The notes: generated from the sequence alone by a model not told the origin. DNA of 64,000 nt from an uncultured Gemmatimonadales bacterium (GCA_963779755.1 CAVZZO010000003.1:832001-896000); one strand, 5' to 3'. Shown: positions 53,025-63,116, counted from the first letter of the stretch. A program made the numbers and translations.

Positions 53025-53729
53025 TCAGCCCGCCGCGGGATGGGGCAGCGCGCCGAACCGCCGCTCCCGCGCCTGAAATGCCTGCAGCGCGATGCGCAGA
53101 TCCCCCTCGCCGAAGTCGGGCCACAGCACCGGCGTGAAGTACAACTCGGCGTAGGCACATTCCCAGAGCAGGAAATCGCTGAGCCGCTGCTCGCCTCCCG
53201 TGCGAATCAGGAGGTCCACGTCGGGCGCGGGGCCGCGGTCGTGCATGGCTTCACCCAGCGCCTGGGCCAGATGCTCCCGGGTCGGGGAGCGGTCCAGCCG
53301 GGCGGCGGCCGCCACTATCGCGTCGCGCGCGGAATAGTCGATCGCGATCCGCAAATGCAGCCGCGATCCTCCCGCGGTATCACGCTCGCCCTGTGCGATG
53401 GCCGCCCGCAGCGTCTGGGGCAGCCGGTCACGCCGGCCGATCACGGTGAGGCGCACCCCGTTGCGCCGGCAGGACTCGACCTCCGAGCGCAGAAACCGGT
53501 GGAATAGCCGGAGCAGCGCTTCCACCTCCCGCCGGGGCCGCTGCCAGTTGTCGGCGGAAAAGGCGTAGAGGGTAAGCAGGCTGATCCCCTCCCCCGGCGC
53601 CGCGCGCACCACCCGGCGAACCGCCTCGGCCCCGGCGCGGTGCCCGGCCGACCGGGGGCGTCGGCGCGCTACTGCCCAGCGACCGTTCCCATCCATGATG
53701 ATTGCGACGTGCAGCGAAGGACTTTGCAT
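53025..53729 (-). CDS. uppS: Polyprenyl (undecaprenyl) diphosphate synthase
   Basis: [45 protein letters not shown]. Confidence 0.93.
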   Translation of the reverse strand: MQSPSLHVAIIMDGNGRWAVARRRPRSAGHRAGAEAVRRVVRAAPGEGISLLTLYAFSADNWQRPRREVEALLRLFHRFLRSEVESCRRNGVRLTVIGRRDRLPQTLRAAIAQGERDTAGGSRLHLRIAIDYSARDAIVAAAARLDRSPTREHLAQALGEAMHDRGPAPDVDLLIRTGGEQRLSDFLLWECAYAELYFTPVLWPDFGEGDLRIALQAFQARERRFGALPHPAAG

Positions 53730-53738
53730 AGTAAAGTC
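53720..53738. promoter_or_regulatory. Operator-like palindrome overlapping the uppS start codon
   Basis: GACTTTG-CATAG-TAAAGTC, matching the site at 54788-54804. Confidence 0.65.
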
Positions 53739-53764
53739 AGGGTGCAAAAAAAGAGAGCGCGGTC

Positions 53765-54148
53765 TCAGCCGCGGGTGGCGTGAATCAGGGCTTCCATGTG
53801 GTCGAGGTAGGCTTCCAGGGCGCGGCGGCCCGCCGCCGTGAGACGATATTCGGTCCGGGGGATGCGGTTCTGGAAGGACTTTTCGCAGGCGACGTAGCCC
53901 GCCTCTTCCAGCTTGCGCGCGTGCACGCTGAGATTGCCGTCGCTGGTCCCCAGCAGCTGCTTGAGATCGTTGAAGCTGAGCGACGCGTTGACCGCGAGCG
54001 CGCTCACGATAGCCAGGCGCATGCGCTCGTGAATGACGCGGTCGAGCGCCAGCGGCGCCTCGGCCACGCCGTCGCCCCGCACACCCTGGAGCGCCGGCCG
54101 GGGCGTTTCCTCCGGGTCCTTCCGGCGAGCGGTTCCCGGTTTAGCCAC
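53765..54148 (-). CDS. Winged helix-turn-helix transcriptional regulator
   Basis: [36 protein letters not shown]. Confidence 0.9.
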   Translation of the reverse strand: MAKPGTARRKDPEETPRPALQGVRGDGVAEAPLALDRVIHERMRLAIVSALAVNASLSFNDLKQLLGTSDGNLSVHARKLEEAGYVACEKSFQNRIPRTEYRLTAAGRRALEAYLDHMEALIHATRG

Positions 54149-54749
54149 CGTACCTCCGTGCGATAATCGTCCCGAAGAGCAGATGCAGCCCGCCGAAGCC
54201 CCCGGCCATGAGCCAGTCGTTCCAGGCGGCCGGGGTGAAGAGCGCCGCCGCGCCCAGGGCCATGAAGCACAACCCCAGCACCGGCACCGCCGGAATGGAG
54301 AAGGTGCCCGCGGCGAGGACACCGGTGCCATAGAGCAGCAACCAGACGCCGGGGATGGCCTGGGCCAGGCCTCCGCGATAGAGCACCAGGGTGAGCAGCG
54401 CTCCGACCAGCAGGGCCGGTACCAGGTTGAGCGCAAACCGCCGGCCCGGGCCGCTCAGGAGCGGCACCCCCGCCCGGGCCGCTTTCCGGCGCAACGTCCA
54501 GGCGCCCACCACGATTGCGACGGCACCTTCGACCAGCCAGACCACCAGCCACCGCTCCAGGCTGGGCTGCGCCCCCGCTACGGCCGCGGCGGCTACCGCC
54601 GTCAACCCGACGGCTACAGCCCCCCACCCCGGCACCGCGGTAAACGACCCCGCGCGCTCCATGGTCTCGCGGATGAACTGCAGATTGTCCATCGCCCGGT
54701 GATGCAGCGCGGGCGATTCCGCCGGTTTCCGGAGAGGGTGGACGGACAT
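54141..54749 (-). CDS. Multi-pass membrane protein
   Basis: RAMDNLQFIRETME N-terminus, about six TM segments, GFGGLH; overlaps the regulator start. Confidence 0.85.
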   Translation of the reverse strand: MSVHPLRKPAESPALHHRAMDNLQFIRETMERAGSFTAVPGWGAVAVGLTAVAAAAVAGAQPSLERWLVVWLVEGAVAIVVGAWTLRRKAARAGVPLLSGPGRRFALNLVPALLVGALLTLVLYRGGLAQAIPGVWLLLYGTGVLAAGTFSIPAVPVLGLCFMALGAAALFTPAAWNDWLMAGGFGGLHLLFGTIIARRYGG

Positions 54750-54756
54750 GGTCCCA

Positions 54757-54804
54757 ACGGTACCGCGGTAATGGGGCAATGTCAAGTACTTTGTGGTACA
54801 AAGT
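54757..54804 (-). promoter_or_regulatory. sigma70-type promoter with adjacent operator palindrome
   Basis: TTGACA (54785-54780)-N17-TACCGT (54762-54757); ACTTTG-N5-CAAAGT at 54788-54804. Confidence 0.7.
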
Positions 54805-54887
54805 TAGCAATCGAGCAGGGACAAGGAAGCAGGTGATCAGGATAGAGGCGACCCATCACCCCTTACCCCTCTCCGCTCACCCGGCTC

Positions 54888-55175
54888 TCATGCCGCCGGC
54901 GGCCGCTGCACCACCAGGTGCAGGCCGTGCGCTCGGGGTTCGAGCTGAAAGCCCCGGGCTCGCAGCTGCGAAAGATCGTGCTGCGAGAGTCCACGCTCCG
55001 CCAGCTCGAGCGCCAGCGCCCGGGCCAGCGCGCGGGCTGACGCTGCATCGTCGCCATCCGCCGGAGCGCAGATGCCGATGTCCAGCATGCCATAGCCGAG
55101 TTGCTGGAGATACTCGGATGCTCGAGGGGGGTCGCCGCCCAGCCTCCGCCGTTCGTTCCCACGGTACCGGCCCAT
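54888..55175 (-). CDS. Small hypothetical protein
   Basis: AGGAG RBS before ATG; fills the gap downstream of the EAL gene. Confidence 0.45.
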   Translation of the reverse strand: MGRYRGNERRRLGGDPPRASEYLQQLGYGMLDIGICAPADGDDAASARALARALALELAERGLSQHDLSQLRARGFQLEPRAHGLHLVVQRPPAA

Positions 55176-55251
55176 CCCGTCTCCTGGGAGAATCGTCCTT
55201 CCGAAGATGTCCGGCCCGCGCGGGCGCGGCTGTGACCTGGATTCCCGCTGG

Positions 55252-57633
55252 TCAGGACTGGCCGGCGGGCAGCAGCTCCAGGTCGCCGGCGTAGAGCAGC
55301 GACTCCACCCCGGTGGTATCCAGCGGGACGGCGAGCAGGTAGCCCTGGCCCCAGTCGCAGCCCAGCTCGCGCAGGCAGCTGAACTGCGCTTCGGTCTCGA
55401 TCCCTTCGGCCACGGTCCGCAGTCCGAGATTGCGCGCCAGGGTGACGATGGTCTGGATGATCTCCCGGCTTTCGGCGTCCTGATCCAGGCTGCTCACGAA
55501 GCTGCGGTCGATCTTCAGGGCGTCGATATCGAACCGGTGCAGGTAGTTGAGGGAGGAATAGCCGGTGCCGAAGTCGTCGATCTGAACCTGGATGCCGGCC
55601 TCCTGCAGCAGGTGCAGCGTCCGTTCGCTCGCCTCGGCCCGATCCATGAGGGCGCCCTCGGTAATCTCCAGTTTGAGAGCGCTCGCGTCCAGGCCCGCCT
55701 GCTTCACCACCGCGGCGACCCGGTCGTGAAAGTCGGGAAGCCGGAAGAGCGACGCGCTCAGATTGACACTGACCGACAGCGGTGCGCAAACCGGGTAGCG
55801 GGCCTGCCAGGCGTGCATCTGGCGGCAGGCCTGCTCCAGGACCCACCAGCCGATGGGCGCGATGAGCCCGGTTTCTTCCGCCGTTGCGATGAACTCGCCC
55901 GGCGGCACCAGCCCGCGCTGGGGGTGCCGCCAGCGGATCAGCGCCTCGAAACCGATGACCCGCCGATCCGCCATGCGCACCACCGGCTGATACTGCAGCT
56001 CGAACTCGTTCCGCTCGGCAGCCCGGCGCAGATCGGTCTCCAGCTGCAGCATGGTCAGCACGTCGGCGTGCATGGCCGCATCGAAGACCTCATGCCGCGC
56101 CTTGCCTCCGGCCTTGGCCTGGTACATGGCGGTGTCGGCATCACGCAGCGGCTGTTCGGCCCGCTCGTAGTGGGCATCGCCGAAGGCGATCCCGATGCTC
56201 GAAGTTGTAAAGACCTCCTGCCCGTTGAGATTAAACGGCGTCCGCAGGGCCTCGTTGATCCGCTCGGCCACCTGAATCGCCTCGGATGGATCGGCCAGGT
56301 CCTCCAGCAGGATGGTGAACTCATCGCCGCCCAGGCGGGCCACGGTATCCTCCGGACGCACACACCGCTCCAGCCGCCGGGCAAACTCCGTCAGCAGCCG
56401 GTCGCCCAGGATATGGCCCAGGCTGTCGTTGATCATCTTGAAGCGGTCGAGATCCAGAAACAGCACCGCAAAGGTGATGTCCGGCCGGCGGCGGCCGCGC
56501 GCCAGGGCGTGCTCCAGCCGGTCCATGAAGAGCGACCGGTTGGAGAGGCCGGTCAGGGCATCGTGCAGCGCGTCGTGCTTCAACTGCTTTTCGATGTTCT
56601 TGCGGCCGCTGATGTCGGTCTGGCTGCCGGCGATGCGGACGGCGTTGCCCGCCTCATCCCGGACCACCAGGGCCCGGACCAGCATCCAGTGGTAGGCCCC
56701 CGCCGCGCCGCGCATCCGGTATTCCCGGGCAAACTGGGACTTGCCGCCCGTCAGGTGTTCGGCGATCAAGATGCGCAGCTGGGCGGCGTCGTCCGGGTGC
56801 ACCCGCGAGAGCCAGTCCTCCGGATCATCCCCGACGGCCGGGCCTCCGAGGCCGAGCATCGCCTTCCAGCGAGGCGAGTAGTAGATGCGGTTGGTGCGCA
56901 GGTCCCAGTCCCAGAGACCGTCGTTCGCCGCCTCGGCTGCGAGCGCGTAACGCTCTTCGCTTTCCCGCAGCGCCAGCTCCACCCGCTTGCGGCTGGTGAT
57001 ATCCCGGTAGCTCCCGTAGACGGCAACCTGGTGCCCGTTCACCAGGACCGGCGTCCCCAGAATGGAGACATCCACAAGGCTGCCGTCCTTCCGCCGCCGG
57101 CGCGTCTCCAGGCTCACCCGGGCGCCGTGCGCCGCCTGCTGGGTCAGGACCTGCGCTTCATCCCGCATGTCGGACGGGACCAGCAGCTCGTCCACCGAAT
57201 GACCCCGGGCTTCCGCGAAGCTGTAGCCGAAGAGCCGGCTGAAGTCGGAATTCACCCGCAGGATCCGGCTGTCGTTGTCCACCAGCACGAGCGCATCCGG
57301 CGCGCTCTCGAAGAGTTGCTCCAGTGACGCCTTTTCCAGGGCGAAGCTGGTGGTGGATTCGTTGGATTCGGTCACGAACCGGTCGAGCGAGACGACCGAG
57401 AGCAGGGCCAGCGCTCCGATGAGCAGGGTGGCGAGCGCCGGCAGGGTGACTTCATCCCAGGCGGTAGCGCCGGCGAAACCGGTGGGTAGCGACAGCAGGC
57501 CGGCGGCGATGAGGGCGGCGAGCAGCCCCGACACGAACCCCATGCGCCAGTCCCGCTGGCGGAAGGCCACCGCCAGCGAGAGCGCCAGAGCGGCCAGGTG
57601 GAGCAGAAAACCGAGGAAGAGAACGACGCTCAC
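55252..57633 (-). CDS. Membrane PAS-PAS-GGDEF-EAL diguanylate cyclase/phosphodiesterase
   Basis: N-terminal TM helices, two PAS domains, RLGGDEF, FEALIRW, DDFGTGYSSL. Confidence 0.95.
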   Translation of the reverse strand: MSVVLFLGFLLHLAALALSLAVAFRQRDWRMGFVSGLLAALIAAGLLSLPTGFAGATAWDEVTLPALATLLIGALALLSVVSLDRFVTESNESTTSFALEKASLEQLFESAPDALVLVDNDSRILRVNSDFSRLFGYSFAEARGHSVDELLVPSDMRDEAQVLTQQAAHGARVSLETRRRRKDGSLVDVSILGTPVLVNGHQVAVYGSYRDITSRKRVELALRESEERYALAAEAANDGLWDWDLRTNRIYYSPRWKAMLGLGGPAVGDDPEDWLSRVHPDDAAQLRILIAEHLTGGKSQFAREYRMRGAAGAYHWMLVRALVVRDEAGNAVRIAGSQTDISGRKNIEKQLKHDALHDALTGLSNRSLFMDRLEHALARGRRRPDITFAVLFLDLDRFKMINDSLGHILGDRLLTEFARRLERCVRPEDTVARLGGDEFTILLEDLADPSEAIQVAERINEALRTPFNLNGQEVFTTSSIGIAFGDAHYERAEQPLRDADTAMYQAKAGGKARHEVFDAAMHADVLTMLQLETDLRRAAERNEFELQYQPVVRMADRRVIGFEALIRWRHPQRGLVPPGEFIATAEETGLIAPIGWWVLEQACRQMHAWQARYPVCAPLSVSVNLSASLFRLPDFHDRVAAVVKQAGLDASALKLEITEGALMDRAEASERTLHLLQEAGIQVQIDDFGTGYSSLNYLHRFDIDALKIDRSFVSSLDQDAESREIIQTIVTLARNLGLRTVAEGIETEAQFSCLRELGCDWGQGYLLAVPLDTTGVESLLYAGDLELLPAGQS

Positions 57634-57891
57634 TGATCGCGCCTCACGGAATCCCGGACGGGACGAAGCTGCCCGGCGGACAGGCCGGGAGACCGACGCA
57701 TCGCTGCGTGTGCCGGACCGACCAGAAATGGTTCAGCAAGGGATGGGCCACACGGGGTGAGGACCCACCAGGCGTGCGGCGGCGGGACAGCCGACGGCGG
57801 GAAGAGTGGTTTCCAGCGACTTCCTTAATAGGAAGGGGCTGCAGATTGTGGCAGGTCTCTCAGCCCGCCGGAACGCCGGGACTCCGGCGGC

Positions 57892-58197
57892 TCAATTGCG
57901 CAGGTATTCGATATCAATCACGAGGCCCGGAGTCGACGGCTCGCGCCCGGCGGTGGTCCTCGGCGTCGCGGGACGCAGGGAAACCCGCGCCAGCGATGTG
58001 CGCCGCACGATGGGGCCCTGGCTGCGCTGCACCCACTCGTGCATCGCAGTCGCCGCCGCCGAAAGACTCTCGCGGTCGCGCGGGACGTGGTGAACCCGGG
58101 CCACCGCTCGCAAGCTGCCAGAAGCCTGCGCCTGGAGAACCGGCGCGAACGCGAGGCTTCCCGCAGTCAGGCCCGCCAGCAGCAGTGTTAACCGCAT
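57892..58197 (-). CDS. Small secreted protein, divergent from the pilus operon
   Basis: GGGAG RBS, signal peptide ending AQA, beta-strand-like termini. Confidence 0.6.
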   Translation of the reverse strand: MRLTLLLAGLTAGSLAFAPVLQAQASGSLRAVARVHHVPRDRESLSAAATAMHEWVQRSQGPIVRRTSLARVSLRPATPRTTAGREPSTPGLVIDIEYLRN

Positions 58198-58470
58198 CAG
58201 GGATCTCCCCAGAGCTCCGTAGTTCCCCGGAATACACCTCCGCCCGGGGGCCAGACCTAGCAGGGCGCGTGCTGGCTCTGACAGATCAGGATAACTCCTT
58301 TCTGTCGAAGGCGTTAGCGATCTTGGGGATGCCCGGTCGCAGCACTCGTGGCCGTCAAATTATACGACGATCAGCAAATTCAGAGTTTTTGGCTCCCCGT
58401 AAGGCGCATCCTCCGATTGTCTTAACTACATACGTCAAATTACATGACGCATATGTAAATATTGTTCACG

Positions 58471-58487
58471 TTGGCACAACGCTTGCC
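58471..58487 (+). promoter_or_regulatory. sigma54-type promoter
   Basis: TGGCAC-AACGC-TTGC (-24/-12) about 90 nt upstream of the major pilin ATG. Confidence 0.75.
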
Positions 58488-58576
58488 CCCCTCCCGCCGA
58501 CGTCGGGGATGGCACTCCCGAAGTCCCACGTCACGCTCGGCATCAACCCATTACCACCAACAGGAGAAGGGGAAAC

Positions 58577-59077
58577 ATGCGTCGTCTTTCGATGGTATCG
58601 GCCGGGCTGGCCGCGATCTTGAGCCTCGGGGCAGTCACCGCCCAGGCGCAGGTCAACAACGCTTCGGTGAATGCCACCGCCAACGTGCTCCAGCCGATCA
58701 ATGTGACCGGCGCCAAGGACCTGGACTTCGGTTCGGTGCTGCCGGGGCTGACCTACACCGTGGCCACCAATGACGGTGGCGCCGGCCAGTTCGATATCGC
58801 CGGTGAGCCCAGCAAGAACGTCAACCTGACCTTCACGCTGCCCGGCAGCCTGAGCGGTCCGGGCGCGAACATTCCGCTGAGCAACTGGGTGGCGGAAGAC
58901 GTTTCCGGCCCGGCAACCGGCGCCAGCTACACTCCGGTGGACGGCGTGCCGCACGCCTCGGCCCTCGACGCGGGCGGCGTCCTGAACGTCTACGTGGGCG
59001 CGCAGATCACGCCGGCGGCCAACCAGGGCGCGGGCGCGTACTCGGCCGGCATCACTCTGACGGTCGACTACTTCTAA
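58577..59077 (+). CDS. DUF4402/spore-coat-U-like major pilin subunit
   Basis: Signal peptide, DLDFG, VYVGA, C-terminal GAYSAGITLTVDY. Confidence 0.75.
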   Translation: MRRLSMVSAGLAAILSLGAVTAQAQVNNASVNATANVLQPINVTGAKDLDFGSVLPGLTYTVATNDGGAGQFDIAGEPSKNVNLTFTLPGSLSGPGANIPLSNWVAEDVSGPATGASYTPVDGVPHASALDAGGVLNVYVGAQITPAANQGAGAYSAGITLTVDYF

Positions 59078-59099
59078 GCCCGGCAAGGGTGAATGCAAT

Positions 59100-59140
59100 G
59101 CACGCCGGCCGGGGACACTATCTTCCCTCGGCCGGCGTGC
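59100..59140 (+). other. Strong intergenic stem-loop after the major pilin
   Basis: GCACGCCGGCCG...CGGCCGGCGTGC, 12-bp perfect stem with no immediate U-run. Confidence 0.7.
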
Positions 59141-59164
59141 GCATTTCCCCTCACGATGTGAGTC

Positions 59165-59623
59165 ATGCGAGTCCTCGGTCTTCTGGCAGGCCTGCTGTTC
59201 GCCACGCCGGTCACCGCGCGAGCCCAGCTCCAGGTGGTCGGCGTGCGCGACCTGAGCTTCGGCTATGTGATCGCCGGCGTGCCGGCCTCGGTCACGGCGG
59301 CCGATCCGGTCCAGAGCGGCCTGTTCAGCATCACCATGCCCGGAGGATTCGGCCCAGCCCGTCTCAACCTGGTGCTGGTACTGCCGCCGCGGCTGATCAG
59401 CGGCAGCGGCACGACCATGCCGATTGCATTCAGCAAGACCGACGGCCTCATCGTCGAGGGCAACAAGGCCATGAAGTTCGATCCCGGCAGGGCCAGGAAC
59501 TACAACCCCAACAACAAGAGCACGCAGGTGGACGTTCATCTCGGTGGCACCGTCAGCCCCCTCGCCGGCCAGGCGCCCGGCGCATACCAGAACGCCGTCA
59601 TTCTCTGGGTGGTGGTCCTGTGA
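59165..59623 (+). CDS. DUF4402-like minor pilin
   Basis: Paralog of 58577-59077: DLSFG, VHLGG, GAYQNAVILWV. Confidence 0.72.
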   Translation: MRVLGLLAGLLFATPVTARAQLQVVGVRDLSFGYVIAGVPASVTAADPVQSGLFSITMPGGFGPARLNLVLVLPPRLISGSGTTMPIAFSKTDGLIVEGNKAMKFDPGRARNYNPNNKSTQVDVHLGGTVSPLAGQAPGAYQNAVILWVVVL

Positions 59624-60453
59624 GCCGCCGGGCGCTGTACCTGGCACTCGGTCTCCTGCTCGCCCCGCGTGTCCTGCCCGCCCAGGGCGTCCTGGTGGCG
59701 CCCCACGCCGTCTTCATGGATCACCGCACCCGCGGCGGGGCGGTCACCCTCTTCAATCCCGGCAACGACCCGGTGGAGGTATCGATCGGGCTGCTCTTCG
59801 GCTACCCGGTCACCGACTCGGCCGGCGAGTACATGCTGCGGACGGTCGAGACCCCGGACTCCACCCTGCCCTCCGCGGCCGGCTGGATTCGCGCCTTCCC
59901 GCGCCGTCTGGTGCTCGGACCCCGGGAGCGGAAAACCGTCCGGCTCCTGGGCCAGCCTCCGGCCGGGCTGCCCGACGGCGAGTACTGGGCCCGGCTCGCC
60001 GTGCAGGCCAAGGCTGGCCAGGTCCCGGTGCAGAACCTGGGCGATACCACGGGGATCACCGTCGGTCTCTCGCTCGAAGTTCGCACCGTCATTCCGGTGA
60101 GCTACCGCAAGGGCTCGGTAACCAGTGGCGTGGCGATCTCCCGGCTCGAGGCCCGCATCGAAGGCGACAGCCTGGTCGCCCGGGCCCGGCTCGAGCGCAC
60201 CGGCGACGCGGCCTACCTGGGCACCGCCCGCGGGACCCTGGTGGATTCCACCGGTAAGGTCGTGGCCAGCTTCGAGGAGCCGGTCAGTGTCTACTTCGAT
60301 GTGGCGCCGCGGTTCACCGCGCCGTTGGCCAGGACCGGACCGGCACCCTACCGATTTCGTCTGGAAGTCACCGCCGAGCGGGAGGATCTGTCCCCCGACC
60401 AGCTCCTGCGGTCCGCCCCCGCCCGCGATTCCCTGGTGCTGGCGAATCCGTGA
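59620..60453 (+). CDS. Fimbrial chaperone-like protein
   Basis: Signal peptide, VTLFNPG, FPRRLVLGPRERKTVRL, LPDGEYW, RTGDA. Confidence 0.75.
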   Translation: MSRRALYLALGLLLAPRVLPAQGVLVAPHAVFMDHRTRGGAVTLFNPGNDPVEVSIGLLFGYPVTDSAGEYMLRTVETPDSTLPSAAGWIRAFPRRLVLGPRERKTVRLLGQPPAGLPDGEYWARLAVQAKAGQVPVQNLGDTTGITVGLSLEVRTVIPVSYRKGSVTSGVAISRLEARIEGDSLVARARLERTGDAAYLGTARGTLVDSTGKVVASFEEPVSVYFDVAPRFTAPLARTGPAPYRFRLEVTAEREDLSPDQLLRSAPARDSLVLANP

Positions 60454-63035
60454 GGCTCACCGCCGCTCTTCCGTCGGTCGCGGCCCTGCTGGGGCTGGCG
60501 CTGCTGGGCCCCTCCCCCGGGGCGGCCCAGGCTGCGCCCGCCGGTCAGCCCGATACGGCCGAAGCGGTGCTGGTCGAACTGGAGCTGGGGCGGATCACGT
60601 CGCGAACGGTCGATGCCTTCCGCCTGCACGATGACGTCCTGGTGCCCCTGGCCGAGGTGCTCGAGCTGGCCGAAGTGCGCCACAGCGTCTCCGATTCGGG
60701 AGTCATCGAAGCGGATCTGCAGCCGCAGAATCTCCTGCTTCGGCTCGATCCCGCCGCCGGGACGCTGTACCTCGGCAAAAAGCGAGTCCCGCTGAGCCCC
60801 GCGCTCCTGCGGATGCAGGGCATCCGCGCCTACGTCAGCCTCGAGCTGCTCTCGCACCTGCTGGGCCTGGACCTCGCCACCTCCTGGGGCGATCTCCGGG
60901 TGACCATCCTGAACCCGGAGGCACTCCCCATCGGCGCCCGGGTGGCGCGGGAGGAAGCCCGGCAGCGCCTGGCCGCCAGTCGGCCCCCGCAGCCCGACCT
61001 CGACCTGCGGCTCGACCGCCGGCGCTGGAACGGACTCACGGTCGAATACTCCATCATGAGCCCCAGCTCAGACCCGGTGGGCAGCGGCGCCTATACCACG
61101 CGAGTGGGCAGCAATGCGCTGGGCGGCGCGCTGGAACTGGGACTGGCGAGCCAGGCGGGGGCCGGGCCGCGGGCCGAGGCCTCCTGGACCGGCGTCTGGC
61201 GCGAGCAGCGTTACCTGCGGCAGGTCCGGCTGGGCGATGGCCTGGCCACCGGCCCCCGGCCGCGCAGCATGGAGGGCGTCTCCCTCACCAATGCTCCCTA
61301 TCTCCGGCCCACCGCGCTGGGCCAGATCACCTACGCGGGGGATCTCGGGCCCGGTTGGCAGCTGGAGGCGTACCGCGGCGGCCGGCTGATCGGATTCGAC
61401 TCCGTCAATGCGCTGGGCCGGTTCAGCATGGACGTGCCGGTACAGTACGGCGACAACCCGGTGGACTTTGTGGCCTACGGGCCCTTCGGCGAGGTAAAGC
61501 GCTTCGACCGCAGCTATCGGGTGCTGGATGATATTCTGCCCGGGAACCGGTTCGAATACGGGCTTTCCGCCGGCGCCTGCCGCACGACGCGCTGCCAGGC
61601 CACCGCCAACCTGGACCTGCGCTACGGACTGAACCAGCGCTGGACGGTGCAGGCCGGCATGGACCAGTTCTGGCGCGCGGCGCTGCCCAGCCTCTTTCAT
61701 CCCTACCTGGGCATCACCGGGAGCCTGGGGAACGCCTGGGGCGTGCAGCTCGAGGGGGTCCTGCACGCGGTCGCGCGCGCGGGGCTGCTCTACCAGCCCT
61801 CGGCCAGTTTGCAGACCACGCTCGAGTACAACCGGTTCGCCCGGAACGTCGAGCAGCCGATCCTCACCCCCGACGGGCGGCGCAGCCAGTGGACCGCGAC
61901 GGCCTCATACCTGCCGTTCTCCCAGTCCAGCTCGCTGACCCTGGACGCGAGCCTGGACCGGATCAGCGCCCTCAACGGCCGCAGCACCAGCGGGCGGTTC
62001 GGCATTTCCTTCTTCACCGCCGGGATGCGGATCCTGCCCTCCCTGCGACTGCAGCGGGATGCCCTGACCAATGGCGTGCAGATCGATCACAGCTATCTGG
62101 GTATCAACACCTTCATCCTGCCCCACCCGGCACTGGGCTCCTTTCTGGGGCGTTTCTCGGCCCGTACCACCCTGGAAACCGAGGGCATGCTTCGCCCCGT
62201 CTCCGCCTCGCTGTACCTGGCGCGCCAGGTCAGCCGCGGCGTCCGGGTGGAAGGGGGCATGGGCTGGCAGCGCGGGGTAGGGCCCACGCTGCTGCTCACC
62301 GTCTCGACCAACCTCTCGGCCTTCCGCGCCTACTCCACCCTCACCGCCCCGCCCAGCGGACCGGCCAGCGCCACCCAGTACCTGCAGGGCTCCGCGGTGT
62401 ATGACCGCGCCCAGGGCGGAGTGACGTTCATGCCCGATCCGGCCATCGAACGGGCCGGGCTTTCAGGTCACGTCTTCCTGGATGCGAATGCCAACGGACG
62501 CTTTGACGCCGGCGAGGAGCTCCTCCCCGGCGTCCGGGTCCGGGCGGGCTACTCCAGCGCCGTCGCCGATTCCAGCGGCGAGTACCGGATCTGGAATCTG
62601 GTCCCTTTCGAGCCGGTGCTGCTCACGGTGGATACCCTGAGCCTGCCGTCGCCGCTCTGGGTGCCGGCCTTTGCCGCCGCCCGGGTGGAGCCGGGCCCCA
62701 ACCAGTACCGGACGCTCGATATCCCGGTGGTCCCGGGTGGCGTGGTCGAAGGCCGGCTGGTCCGCGAAACGCCCACCGGGCCGCAGCCGATGGGCGGGGT
62801 GGAGGTGGTGCTGCGCGAGCTTTCGACCGGCCATCGCCGCACCCTGGTGACCTTCTCCGACGGTGAGATCTACGGCATCGGTATCCGGCCCGGACGCTAC
62901 GAGATGACCGCGGACCCGGAGCAGCTGCGCCGGTCGGGGTTGCGCAGCGTGCCGGTTCAGTTCACCCTTCCGGCATCGATCCAGGGCGCCACCGTGGAGG
63001 GCCTCGAGCTCCGTCTGGTATCCGGCAACAACTGA
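60450..63035 (+). CDS. Usher-like outer-membrane protein with C-terminal Ig/SdrD-B-like domains
   Basis: Signal peptide, LEAYRGG...VPVQYGDN..AYGPFGE plug-like segment, beta-barrel pattern, GHVFLDANANGRFDAGE. Confidence 0.7.
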   Translation: MRLTAALPSVAALLGLALLGPSPGAAQAAPAGQPDTAEAVLVELELGRITSRTVDAFRLHDDVLVPLAEVLELAEVRHSVSDSGVIEADLQPQNLLLRLDPAAGTLYLGKKRVPLSPALLRMQGIRAYVSLELLSHLLGLDLATSWGDLRVTILNPEALPIGARVAREEARQRLAASRPPQPDLDLRLDRRRWNGLTVEYSIMSPSSDPVGSGAYTTRVGSNALGGALELGLASQAGAGPRAEASWTGVWREQRYLRQVRLGDGLATGPRPRSMEGVSLTNAPYLRPTALGQITYAGDLGPGWQLEAYRGGRLIGFDSVNALGRFSMDVPVQYGDNPVDFVAYGPFGEVKRFDRSYRVLDDILPGNRFEYGLSAGACRTTRCQATANLDLRYGLNQRWTVQAGMDQFWRAALPSLFHPYLGITGSLGNAWGVQLEGVLHAVARAGLLYQPSASLQTTLEYNRFARNVEQPILTPDGRRSQWTATASYLPFSQSSSLTLDASLDRISALNGRSTSGRFGISFFTAGMRILPSLRLQRDALTNGVQIDHSYLGINTFILPHPALGSFLGRFSARTTLETEGMLRPVSASLYLARQVSRGVRVEGGMGWQRGVGPTLLLTVSTNLSAFRAYSTLTAPPSGPASATQYLQGSAVYDRAQGGVTFMPDPAIERAGLSGHVFLDANANGRFDAGEELLPGVRVRAGYSSAVADSSGEYRIWNLVPFEPVLLTVDTLSLPSPLWVPAFAAARVEPGPNQYRTLDIPVVPGGVVEGRLVRETPTGPQPMGGVEVVLRELSTGHRRTLVTFSDGEIYGIGIRPGRYEMTADPEQLRRSGLRSVPVQFTLPASIQGATVEGLELRLVSGNN

Positions 63036-63116
63036 CCGGCGCCGGTGCGCGCGAGCCTCCGCTGTCCCCGGTGCCTCCGCCCCGGCGTTCTCCCCTCTTT
63101 CCACCCCGCGTCACCG

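Noticed and set aside
57820..57835. Palindrome CTTCCT-TAAT-AGGAAG upstream of the EAL gene
   Set aside because: Single short occurrence with no second copy seen; could be chance.
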